Of a stretch of 35,926 nt of DNA, positions 27,528 to 35,926 are shown piece by piece; the first letter of the stretch is position 1; each line of letters starts with the position of its first letter. Made by a program: the position numbers and the translations under genes. Under the pieces are notes generated by a model that was not told the origin of the DNA, did not search any database, and saw only the letters and a list, made by a program, of their open reading frames with translations. This stretch comes from an uncultured Clostridia bacterium (GTDB lineage: Bacteria; Bacillota; Clostridia; Christensenellales; UBA1242): the NCBI GenBank assembly GCA_944384485.1, contig CALWTO010000032.1:1-35926 (forward strand), written 5' to 3'.

Positions 27528-29885
27528 TTATTCTCCTTTATATAATTTTTTTAAAGATGAAAAATTTTTATAAATACCTGACTGATTAAGTTCCCTTTTA
27601 ACCTTTTTATTTAAATAAATCACAATTTGTTCTTCATCTACAATTTTTATAATTCCAAGTTGATTAAAAACTAAAAGTGCTACATAGAAAGTTGAAAATG
27701 AAATTTTTTGCGAAAAATTCGATTTATCGTAAAGTTCAAATACATTATAAACAGCCTTTCCAACCTTTGTAGAAAGATATTTGTAAATGTGAGCATATGT
27801 TTCCCTTGATAAATCTATACCGCTAAACTTTCTTAAATCTCCATTTTTCTCAACTGGAAGAAAAATTTGAGCTTTTGAAACCTTGTTTAAAGCAGAAATG
27901 AATTTTGTATCTAACACAGGTGTCAAAAAAACAATATTTGAAAAATTCTTTGCCCAATTAACTCCTTTTGGAGCAAGTAAAAGGCTGTTGTAACCACTTT
28001 CTTTGTCCCCATAAATATTAAAATTGTAAATACCTTGTGTGTTGTAATTTTTTGCAAATTCAATGTAGTCGTAACATGAGTAAGCAACAAAACAAGTTCC
28101 AAATATTGTAGTTGTTGTCTTGCTTACAAATTCAAGCAAATCTTTTTGTGGGTAAAGTTTGTAATTTGCTTCACCTTTCCCATCAATAACAAGTTGACTA
28201 AGTTCAATAGAATTAAGTTTTTTATATGCATCTTCTACAATAAAACTTCCGCCGTCAAACTCATCAACAATGGCTTTTGTCCCAGAACCTTGAAATTCAA
28301 AAATAAAAGATTTAGTCCTTGCAAAAGACATTTTTACCATTTTGTCCATGCAGTTAAAATAAGTTAATGAAAAATCGCCAATTTTTATATTAGCATGTTG
28401 AGGAAATTTTCTCATAGGCAAAACTTCAATTTCGCTAGCACTTATTTTAAATTTTGGACGAGGATTATCACAACCAAAAGGCTCTAGTATAGCAAGTTCT
28501 TTTACAAATTCATTTGTAATTTCTTTTTCTGTTATTTCTTGGTCATAATATTTTATCGGCATAAAAACTTCATCACTTATGTGATTTAAAGCAAAGGAGT
28601 TTATTTTTTGAACAAACTCTTCATAGTTTTCTCTTTTAAGGCTTAATCCTGCAGCCATAGAATGTCCACCAAAGGTTTCCAAAATATCTTTTAATGAGGA
28701 CAACAATTGATGAATGTTAATATCATCAATGCTTCTTCCAGAACCACTTAAAATATCCCCCTCTTGAGCGAATAAAAACACGGGCTTATGATATTTTTCT
28801 ACCAATCTTGAGCAAACAATTCCAAGCACTCCTTTATCCCAAGACTTTGAAGCCAAAGAAATAACTCTTAAAGACAGCAAATCCATTTTAGAAAGAGCTT
28901 TTTCACAGTCTTCAAAAATTTTGTTGCAAATTTCCTGCCTTTTAGTATTGTGATTTTTAATTTTATCAATAATTTTAATAATTTTAACAGGGTCTGTTTC
29001 CAAATATAATTTTAATGAATCTTCAGCATCTCCCATTCTTCCTGGAGCATTAAGTTTTGGACCAATTTTGAATGATATATCTATAGAGTTTGGCTTTGCA
29101 AGCGAAATATCATATTCTTTAAACATCATTTTAAGACCAATAGGAAGATAACGCTCACACAATTTCAACCCTTTTGTAACTATTGTTCTGTTTTCATTCA
29201 ACAAAGGAACTATATCAACTATTGTTGCAATGGCACAAATTGGCAAAAACTGTTCTGCTTCAGTTTTTCCAAGAAGAGCTTCAGCAAATTTGAAAGCCAC
29301 TCCCGTTCCACACAGTTCTCTAAAAGGATAATCTTGATTTGGCATCTTTGCATTTACAATTACTGTGTTTGGCAAAACCTCAGGTATTTCATGGTGATCT
29401 GTCACAAAAACTTCAATACCTTTATTTTTGGCATATTCAACTTCTTCATGACAAGAAATGCCACAATCAACTGTAATAATTAAATTAGGACAAAATTTTT
29501 GATAAATTTTGTCAATCACATTTTTGGTTAAACCATAACCATCTTCATATCTATTTGGTAAATAATAATCAGCCTTTATGCCAAAAATTTTAAGTGCTTT
29601 TAACATAATTGCTGTTGCACTTACACCATCAACATCATAGTCGCCAAATATAAGGACTTTGTCCCCCAATTCTTTTGCAAGAAAAACCCTATCCAACAGT
29701 TCTTTCATTCCTTTCAGCATAAAAGGGTCATGAAAAACAGATGGATTTAAAAACTCAATAATATCCTCTCTGCTGGCAACTCCTCTAGATAACAATAATT
29801 CACAAACACGACGATTTAGTCCTAATTCCTTTGTAAATAAATCTACCTTGTCAGCATTCTTATTAAAAAACTTTCTAAATATCAT
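27528..29885 (-). CDS. recJ: ssDNA exonuclease RecJ
   Basis: GDYDVDG, TVDCG, TDHH, GSGRS, GGH.MAAG and LEPFG. Confidence 0.96.
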   Translation of the reverse strand: MIFRKFFNKNADKVDLFTKELGLNRRVCELLLSRGVASREDIIEFLNPSVFHDPFMLKGMKELLDRVFLAKELGDKVLIFGDYDVDGVSATAIMLKALKIFGIKADYYLPNRYEDGYGLTKNVIDKIYQKFCPNLIITVDCGISCHEEVEYAKNKGIEVFVTDHHEIPEVLPNTVIVNAKMPNQDYPFRELCGTGVAFKFAEALLGKTEAEQFLPICAIATIVDIVPLLNENRTIVTKGLKLCERYLPIGLKMMFKEYDISLAKPNSIDISFKIGPKLNAPGRMGDAEDSLKLYLETDPVKIIKIIDKIKNHNTKRQEICNKIFEDCEKALSKMDLLSLRVISLASKSWDKGVLGIVCSRLVEKYHKPVFLFAQEGDILSGSGRSIDDINIHQLLSSLKDILETFGGHSMAAGLSLKRENYEEFVQKINSFALNHISDEVFMPIKYYDQEITEKEITNEFVKELAILEPFGCDNPRPKFKISASEIEVLPMRKFPQHANIKIGDFSLTYFNCMDKMVKMSFARTKSFIFEFQGSGTKAIVDEFDGGSFIVEDAYKKLNSIELSQLVIDGKGEANYKLYPQKDLLEFVSKTTTTIFGTCFVAYSCYDYIEFAKNYNTQGIYNFNIYGDKESGYNSLLLAPKGVNWAKNFSNIVFLTPVLDTKFISALNKVSKAQIFLPVEKNGDLRKFSGIDLSRETYAHIYKYLSTKVGKAVYNVFELYDKSNFSQKISFSTFYVALLVFNQLGIIKIVDEEQIVIYLNKKVKRELNQSGIYKNFSSLKKLYKGE

Positions 29886-29961
29886 AAAATAAACAATCTT
29901 TCCAAAATATTATATATGAAAAAAAAAGATAAGGCAAGCAAATTCCCTATCTTAAAAATAT

Positions 29962-30660
29962 TTATTTAGTATATATAATTCTATGACAATGCTCACAAGT
30001 CAAGATTTTTTCTTCTTTAAGTTTTGATAAATTCGCCATAGATAATTCAACCCTGCAACCACCACAGCAATTTCCAGCCAGTGCAACAACAACAGGAAAG
30101 ATGTTTTCATTTCTTCTTTTCTTATAGGCCTCTATGATTTTTCCATCAATACCTTTTTCTAAACTTGCTAACTTTTTTGCAATCTCTTGTTTCTTTGGCT
30201 CTGCTTCTTCAACTTTTTTGTCATAGTTTTGTTTTGAAACAGAATATTGTTCTTTTGCCATTTGAAAAGCATTTTTTGTTTTATTAAAATCAGATAAAAG
30301 TGCATTTATATTCTCTGCAAGTTTAGCAAAATTTCTTTCCAAGATTGAAAGATTTTGACTTAACTTGTCTTTAAGTTGCATAAGCTTATCAACTTCTTCT
30401 GCTGAAAGTTTGTCAATATCTTTTGCAAATATTTCATTCATTTTGTTTTTTTGTATTTCAAATTGTTTCTTTGTATTTTCACATTCTTTGGCAAGTTCGC
30501 TTGCTTTTTCATTTAATTTGAAAGAACGCTCTTGGGCAATTTTTGCATTGCTTTGCATTTGCGTAGCAGTTTTTTTATCCTCATTTTCTCTCAAACTTTT
30601 TTCAATTTTAAAAAGTTCGCTGTCAAGATTTTGATATTCTAAAATTTTATTTATATCCAT
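29962..30660 (-). CDS. Coiled-coil C4 zinc-ribbon protein (DUF164/CT398-like)
   Basis: A long coiled coil followed by CGGC...CEHCHRIIY. Confidence 0.85.
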   Translation of the reverse strand: MDINKILEYQNLDSELFKIEKSLRENEDKKTATQMQSNAKIAQERSFKLNEKASELAKECENTKKQFEIQKNKMNEIFAKDIDKLSAEEVDKLMQLKDKLSQNLSILERNFAKLAENINALLSDFNKTKNAFQMAKEQYSVSKQNYDKKVEEAEPKKQEIAKKLASLEKGIDGKIIEAYKKRRNENIFPVVVALAGNCCGGCRVELSMANLSKLKEEKILTCEHCHRIIYTK

Positions 30661-30700
30661 TTTTTTCTCCTTAAAGATATTTTACTTAAAATGCTAATGA

Positions 30701-31759
30701 TTAACTAATAAAATCAATAAGTTTTTTACTTCTGTTAGGATTTTTTAATTTTCGAAGTGCTTTTGCTTCAATTTGACGAATTCTTTCACGAGTAACAGAG
30801 AACTCTTTACCAACTTCTTCCAAAGTTTTTGCTTTTCCATCCATCAAACCATATCTTTCACGAATAACTTGTTGCTCTCTAGGAGTCAAAGTATCAATAA
30901 CAGCCAAAAGTTGTTCTCTCAATAAATTTTGAGAAGCAAGTTCCATTGGATTTGAAACTTTTGTATCTTCAATAAAGTCGCTCATTCTGCTGTCATCTTC
31001 TTCACCAACCGGAGTTTCAAGACTAATAGGCTCAAGTGCAACTCTTTGAATTTCAACAACTTTATTTTCACTTATTCCCATTTCTTGAGCAATTTCCTCA
31101 AGTGATGGTTCTCTAGAAAGTTTTTGCAAAAGTTGTCTTACAACACGATTATAACGGTTTATAGTTTCGTTCATATGCACAGGCAATCTTATTGTTCTTG
31201 CTTGGTCCGCAATAGCACGAGAAATAGCTTGTCTTATCCACCAAGTTGCATAAGTTGAAAAGTGATAACCCTTTGTATAATCAAATTTTTCAACCGCTTT
31301 CAAAAGCCCCATATTTCCTTCTTGGATTAAATCAAGAAAAGATAAAGCGTTTGTAGGAGCCCATTTTTTTGCAACCGAAACAACAAGTCTAAGGTTTGCT
31401 TGGCAAAATTTTGTTTTTGCGTCTTGATCACCTTCCAAAATTCTTTTAGCTAGTTCAATTTCTTCTTCTGGAGTAAGGAGTGGGACTTGTCCAATATCTT
31501 TTAGATACATTTTTACAGGGTCATCAACACCCATAAATCCTGTAAAATCTAAATTTAAATCTTCATCCTCGTCTTCTTTCTTTTGAATAACACTTATGTT
31601 GTTATCTTGTAATTTTTTTATAAAATTTTTAATTTCTTTATCTGAAATTTCAGAAAATCTTAAAAGCCTATCATAAATGTCTCTTTCATTGACTTTACCC
31701 GCTTTCATAGCAGCATCAAAAATTCTCTTTTTAGCTGATTCAATATCTTTATCTGGCAT
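30701..31759 (-). CDS. rpoD: Primary sigma factor SigA/RpoD
   Basis: [34 protein letters not shown] and [13 protein letters not shown] at 31759 follows GGAGG and overlaps the dnaG end. Confidence 0.97.
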   Translation of the reverse strand: MPDKDIESAKKRIFDAAMKAGKVNERDIYDRLLRFSEISDKEIKNFIKKLQDNNISVIQKKEDEDEDLNLDFTGFMGVDDPVKMYLKDIGQVPLLTPEEEIELAKRILEGDQDAKTKFCQANLRLVVSVAKKWAPTNALSFLDLIQEGNMGLLKAVEKFDYTKGYHFSTYATWWIRQAISRAIADQARTIRLPVHMNETINRYNRVVRQLLQKLSREPSLEEIAQEMGISENKVVEIQRVALEPISLETPVGEEDDSRMSDFIEDTKVSNPMELASQNLLREQLLAVIDTLTPREQQVIRERYGLMDGKAKTLEEVGKEFSVTRERIRQIEAKALRKLKNPNRSKKLIDFIS

Positions 31760-33527
31760 AAAATTCCTCCATTTTTTTCTCTCTAATAGAGATTGAAATA
31801 TCATTTAATTTTTTCATTATTTCTTGTCTTTGAGCAAGGTCTTTGCTTTCTTTAAATTGTTTTGTCAATTCAGTTTGTTTTTCTTGCAATTTTAAACTAA
31901 TTATAGCCCACAAACATTCATCAAAATATTTTTGACCACTATCTAAATATGAAGAGAAGTCATAGTTTAAACAATCCTTTAAAATAGGCTCGTTGTCTAC
32001 ATCAAAATAATCATAATAAGATGAAAGTGGAAGGTGTTTGCTTGCCTGATTTAAAATTTCTTGGTATTGAGGCAAAAGCAAATTATAATCTATTTTTTTA
32101 TTTACAAAATCTTTTCCATGAACAATTGAAGCAAGAATAAACTTTATAGCTCTAATATTGCCATTTTCACGCGAAGTTAAAACATTTTCATCTTCTTTCT
32201 TTGCCAAAGATTTTTGTTTTTCTCCACCTTTTTCTTTTTCCAAATCTCTACGCAGTATATCAATCGGTATAGATGTCAAATCTCTAAGTTTAGCAAGATA
32301 TATGTCTTCTTCTGCATAAGAATTAAGTTTGACCAAAAATTGCAATATTTGTTTAACAAATGCTCCTTTCCCAGTCGCGTTTGTAATATCAAATTTTTTC
32401 TTTTCATTCTCAATTAAATAATCAATTGGTGGTAGTGCATTTTCTACCAAATCTTGTATGTATTTTGCTCCGTAATTCTTAAGAATTTCATCCGGGTCAA
32501 GTTTTTGAGGCATAAGTGCAATTTTGACATTAAAACCTTCTTCTCGCAAAATATCAATGCTTCTATAGGTTGCTTTTTCACCAGCCGTATCTCCATCAAA
32601 CATTAAAACAACATTGTTTGATAACTTCTTTAATTCATGAGCATTTTCTTTTGTTAGCGCTGTGCCCATACAAGCAACTGTGTTGTTAAAACCAGCCTTG
32701 TGCATTGCAATAACATCAATTTGCCCTTCAACAATTATTATCTTATCTAAATTTCCCTGCTGTTTCAATTTTTTAACAAGGTCAATTCCGTAAACAACTC
32801 TACCTTTATGAAAGACAATAGTTTCCGCAGTGTTTATATATTTTGCAAAATCGGCTTTACCTAAAACTCTTGCACTAAAACCAACACATTCTCCAAAAGA
32901 GTTGAAAATAGGAAATATCAATCTTTCAGCCATAACATCGTAATAGCGATTATTTTTCTCTTGGCAAACCCCCGCATCAACCATTTCTTTTAAAGAAAAG
33001 CCTTTGCTTTTTAAGTAGTCAACCATCTCATTCCAGTCTAAAGAATAACCAAGTTTGAAATCATCTAAAGTTCGTTTATTAAACTGTCTAGTTTTTATGT
33101 ATTCTTGAGCAGGTTTAGCCTTTGGCAAAAGCAGATTTTCTTGATAATGCTTATACGCACAATCTAAAAGTTTTAAAATTCTCTCTTTTTGTTTTTTCTT
33201 TTCTAATACATCTTTTTCGCCAGTAAACTCTGGAACTTCCATTCCTGCATTTTTCGCAAGAATTTTCACTGCTTCATAAAAATCACAAGATTCGTATTTC
33301 ATAACAAAGGAAATAACATCCCCACTTTCTTTACAACCAAAACAATAAAAAAGTCCTTCATCTTCACTTACAGAAAAAGATGGTGTTTTTTCATTGTGAA
33401 AAGGACAACACCCCCAATACTTTCTGCCTTTTTTTTCAAGACGAACATATCTTTCAACAACCGAAACAATATTATTCCTTTGTTTTAATTGATAAAGCCA
33501 ATCTGCTGGAAAACCTTTATTTTGCAA
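31749..33527 (-). CDS. dnaG: DNA primase
   Basis: CPFH.EKTPSF..CFGC zinc finger, KYIN, and TOPRIM VEG..D, DGD.AG, DPD. TTG at 33527 follows SD AGGGAG. Confidence 0.96.
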   Translation of the reverse strand: MQNKGFPADWLYQLKQRNNIVSVVERYVRLEKKGRKYWGCCPFHNEKTPSFSVSEDEGLFYCFGCKESGDVISFVMKYESCDFYEAVKILAKNAGMEVPEFTGEKDVLEKKKQKERILKLLDCAYKHYQENLLLPKAKPAQEYIKTRQFNKRTLDDFKLGYSLDWNEMVDYLKSKGFSLKEMVDAGVCQEKNNRYYDVMAERLIFPIFNSFGECVGFSARVLGKADFAKYINTAETIVFHKGRVVYGIDLVKKLKQQGNLDKIIIVEGQIDVIAMHKAGFNNTVACMGTALTKENAHELKKLSNNVVLMFDGDTAGEKATYRSIDILREEGFNVKIALMPQKLDPDEILKNYGAKYIQDLVENALPPIDYLIENEKKKFDITNATGKGAFVKQILQFLVKLNSYAEEDIYLAKLRDLTSIPIDILRRDLEKEKGGEKQKSLAKKEDENVLTSRENGNIRAIKFILASIVHGKDFVNKKIDYNLLLPQYQEILNQASKHLPLSSYYDYFDVDNEPILKDCLNYDFSSYLDSGQKYFDECLWAIISLKLQEKQTELTKQFKESKDLAQRQEIMKKLNDISISIREKKMEEFYAR

Positions 33528-33661
33528 TCTTTTCTCCCTAAAAAAATCATTCAAAGATATTATACTACAAAAAATTTAAAAATCCTTGTTAATTATAAAA
33601 AAGAAACAAATATTTTTAAAAATAACTAAATTTTAAACATTTTTAAACATAAAAAAAACAA

Positions 33662-33685
33662 AAAACTTGCCCGCAAGCAAGTTTT
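33662..33685 (-). terminator. Terminator after yunB
   Basis: AAAACTTGC-CCGCAA-GCAAGTTTT. Confidence 0.8.
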
Positions 33686-33716
33686 GACGATAAATTTTTA
33701 AAAGATTTTTAAATTT

Positions 33717-34379
33717 TTATATAACTTTTCCTTGAAGATATATGCTAGGGATTTCCCCTACTATGACACTTTCACAAATTAAAATATCAAGAGTTGTTTG
33801 AAAAGTTTGAGTTGAAGCAGGAAGGACCATACCAATTGAGGCTGTCACATCAAAATAAAGAGAATGAAGAGTTTGGTTAATTCCCGCAGAAACAAAATTG
33901 GTGTCAAATGATGTGTTTACCGCCCCAACAGGTATCAAATTTAATTTTATTTCTGGCCCATAACCGAAAAGAAAAGGTATGCCAGTAAATGTTCCAAGAT
34001 TTACATTTATTGATGTTTCATCAAGGGTTTCAAATCTTTCTTGAACAAGTTCTGTCACTTTTCTTACCAGTAAATTAATCTTTGTCGAATTGGTAGAAAT
34101 TTGACTCACCTTATTTTCAGAAGAATAAGTAATTGTTACCAAATCATCGTAACTTAAATTATTATCTGTAAGTACATCCCCAACAACTTCACTTATTGTT
34201 TGAGTTGCAATAGCACGAACCTTTTCTTCACTCAAAGCAACAACTGCCGGGCATATAATTTGAAAATAATAAACAAGACATAAAATTATAAAAGCAAGCA
34301 ACCCACACAATATTGCTCGTTTCTTAATTTTTTTTCTTGTTTTAATTTTGTTTACTTTGACAACTTTATAAGTTTGCAC
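33717..34379 (-). CDS. yunB: Sporulation protein YunB
   Basis: N-terminal TM, LG..TG.....GP.I.....P.G, F.SAGINQT.H and IVGEIP..Y. Confidence 0.9.
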   Translation of the reverse strand: MQTYKVVKVNKIKTRKKIKKRAILCGLLAFIILCLVYYFQIICPAVVALSEEKVRAIATQTISEVVGDVLTDNNLSYDDLVTITYSSENKVSQISTNSTKINLLVRKVTELVQERFETLDETSINVNLGTFTGIPFLFGYGPEIKLNLIPVGAVNTSFDTNFVSAGINQTLHSLYFDVTASIGMVLPASTQTFQTTLDILICESVIVGEIPSIYLQGKVI

Positions 34380-34487
34380 ATTTATATATATGCAAAAGTA
34401 TTTTCAATGTTGCAACCTTTTAAAAAATCAATATTTACAATATGTTATGCAATACATAATACTAGATATTGTAATCTTGTATATCAA

Positions 34488-34841
34488 CTATTTTGTTCTT
34501 GACCTAAAAATTAAGGCAAAAATAAAAGCAAAAATCACCGCAGCAGCAATTCCTCCGGCAGTTGCTTCAAGTCCTCCTGTGAACGCACCGAGCAATCCTT
34601 TTGATTTTACAGCACTCATTGCACCTTTTGCAAGTGACGCTCCAAAGCCTATAATTGGCACATTTATTCCAGCCTTTGCAAATTCTGAAATAGGGGCAAA
34701 CAAATTTAAAGCCTGCAACACAACCCCAATTAAAACAAAAGTAACCAAAATTCTAGCAGAAGTTATGTTTGTGTAAATTAAAAGCATTTCACCCAGCATA
34801 CAAACAAAACCACCTATCAAAAACACCCAAAGATAATACAC
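34488..34841 (-). CDS. spoVAE: Stage V sporulation protein AE (SpoVAC/SpoVAEb family)
   Basis: FLIGG..C..G, T.ARILV.FV..G, AG..VPI.GFG..LA.G and GAFTGG; follows spoVAD. Confidence 0.92.
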   Translation of the reverse strand: MYYLWVFLIGGFVCMLGEMLLIYTNITSARILVTFVLIGVVLQALNLFAPISEFAKAGINVPIIGFGASLAKGAMSAVKSKGLLGAFTGGLEATAGGIAAAVIFAFIFALIFRSRTK

Positions 34842-34842
34842 T

Positions 34843-35925
34843 TTACTCCTCCCTTTTCCTATTCACATTTTTTGTTTTAAAAGTTTTGCAGGTTGAAACT
34901 TTTTCGTACATTTCTTCAGCATTATCTTCATCACATTCAATAACAATAGCATGACATATCCCTGGAATGCTTTCTCCTTGTTGTGTAGCAGTCGTTGACA
35001 TCAACGCACCAGTAGGCATAAATAAAATTCTTTTAAGCTCACCCTTTCTTAATTTGTTTATTAAATAAGAATTTAAAATTGTTGCACTGCATCCACATCC
35101 ACTTCCGCCAGAAAGCATTCCTTGACTTCTAGTAAAATACATTTGCCCACAATCATTATAATTTAGCCCTAACTTTATTCCATTGTCTTCCATTAAATCG
35201 ACCAAAATTTCCGAACCTAATTTACCTAAATCTCCAGTCACGATTAAATCATAATCATCTGGCGATGTTTTTGTATCTCTAAAATGAGCAAGCATTGTAT
35301 TCATCGCAGCAGGAGCCATAGCCGATCCCATATCGTTTACATCCTTAATTCCCCAGTCCACAACTTTGCCAAAAGTAGCCATTGTTATCCTTGGCCCCTT
35401 CCCTTTGCTTGATAAAACGCACGCCCCCGCACCAGTAACTGTCCATTGAGAAGTTGGTGGACGTTGATTCCCAAGTTCAAGAGGAAAACGAAATTGTCTT
35501 TCAGCAGTAGAAAAATGAGAACCTGTTGCACAGACAATCGTATCAAACTGCCCTCCATCAATTAATGAAGCTCCAACAGCAAGACTTTCCGCCATTGTTG
35601 AACAAGCCCCAAAAAGTCCCAAATATGCAAAATCAAAATTTCTTGCAGAATAAGAAGAAGATATGATTTGATTTAAGAGGTCACCAGCTAAAAGCAAATT
35701 TACATCTTCAGGTTTAAGTTTGGCATTTTCAATTGCACCCGCAATAGCATGTTCAAACATCTTTTTTTCTGCCTTTTCATAACTTTTTTCACCAAAAGCA
35801 TCATCTTTCATTACATAATTGAAATAAGGAGCAAAGTTACCTTTGCCTTCTTTTGGTCCTACAATCGAATAACTCCCTATTATTCTTGGCTTATTTTTAA
35901 ATTTTACTGTTTGATTTTTTTTCAT
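34843..35925 (-). CDS. spoVAD: Stage V sporulation protein AD
   Basis: VGPKEG.G, GDLLNQ, GACSTM.E, HF..AERQFRFP.E.G.QRP, WTVTG, AMAPAA, TGDLG and GGSGCGC. Confidence 0.97.
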   Translation of the reverse strand: MKKNQTVKFKNKPRIIGSYSIVGPKEGKGNFAPYFNYVMKDDAFGEKSYEKAEKKMFEHAIAGAIENAKLKPEDVNLLLAGDLLNQIISSSYSARNFDFAYLGLFGACSTMAESLAVGASLIDGGQFDTIVCATGSHFSTAERQFRFPLELGNQRPPTSQWTVTGAGACVLSSKGKGPRITMATFGKVVDWGIKDVNDMGSAMAPAAMNTMLAHFRDTKTSPDDYDLIVTGDLGKLGSEILVDLMEDNGIKLGLNYNDCGQMYFTRSQGMLSGGSGCGCSATILNSYLINKLRKGELKRILFMPTGALMSTTATQQGESIPGICHAIVIECDEDNAEEMYEKVSTCKTFKTKNVNRKREE

Positions 35926-35926
35926 A

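Overview
This is a very AT-rich, gene-dense core-chromosome segment, most likely from a spore-forming Clostridia-type Bacillota (spoVAD, spoVAE, yunB). Nearly all genes lie on the minus strand. Housekeeping content includes rnhA, a HIT protein, aspS-asnS, tig-clpP-clpX, gap, rpiB, a low-molecular-weight phosphatase, rsfS, obgE-yhbY, lysS-nth, rpsO-pnp, recJ-rel-hemZ, dnaG-rpoD-zinc ribbon and two tRNAs. I see no CRISPR array, transposase, integrase or phage genes. The main oddities are: (1) a full-length Rel whose (p)ppGpp hydrolase motifs are lost while the synthetase is intact; (2) a tRNA-Leu with the rare AAG (A34) anticodon; (3) a structured element of about 145 bp just downstream of that tRNA, made of an antisense T-arm copy plus a duplicated tRNA 3' end with a hairpin inserted in its T-loop; (4) a short archaeal-type AspRS paired with asnS; (5) a nine-repeat WG protein followed by a 33-aa ORF that shares sequence with its own 3' end; and (6) several apparent pseudoenzymes and small ORFs missed by the ORF track. 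All family assignments come from motif recognition by eye; no searches were run.
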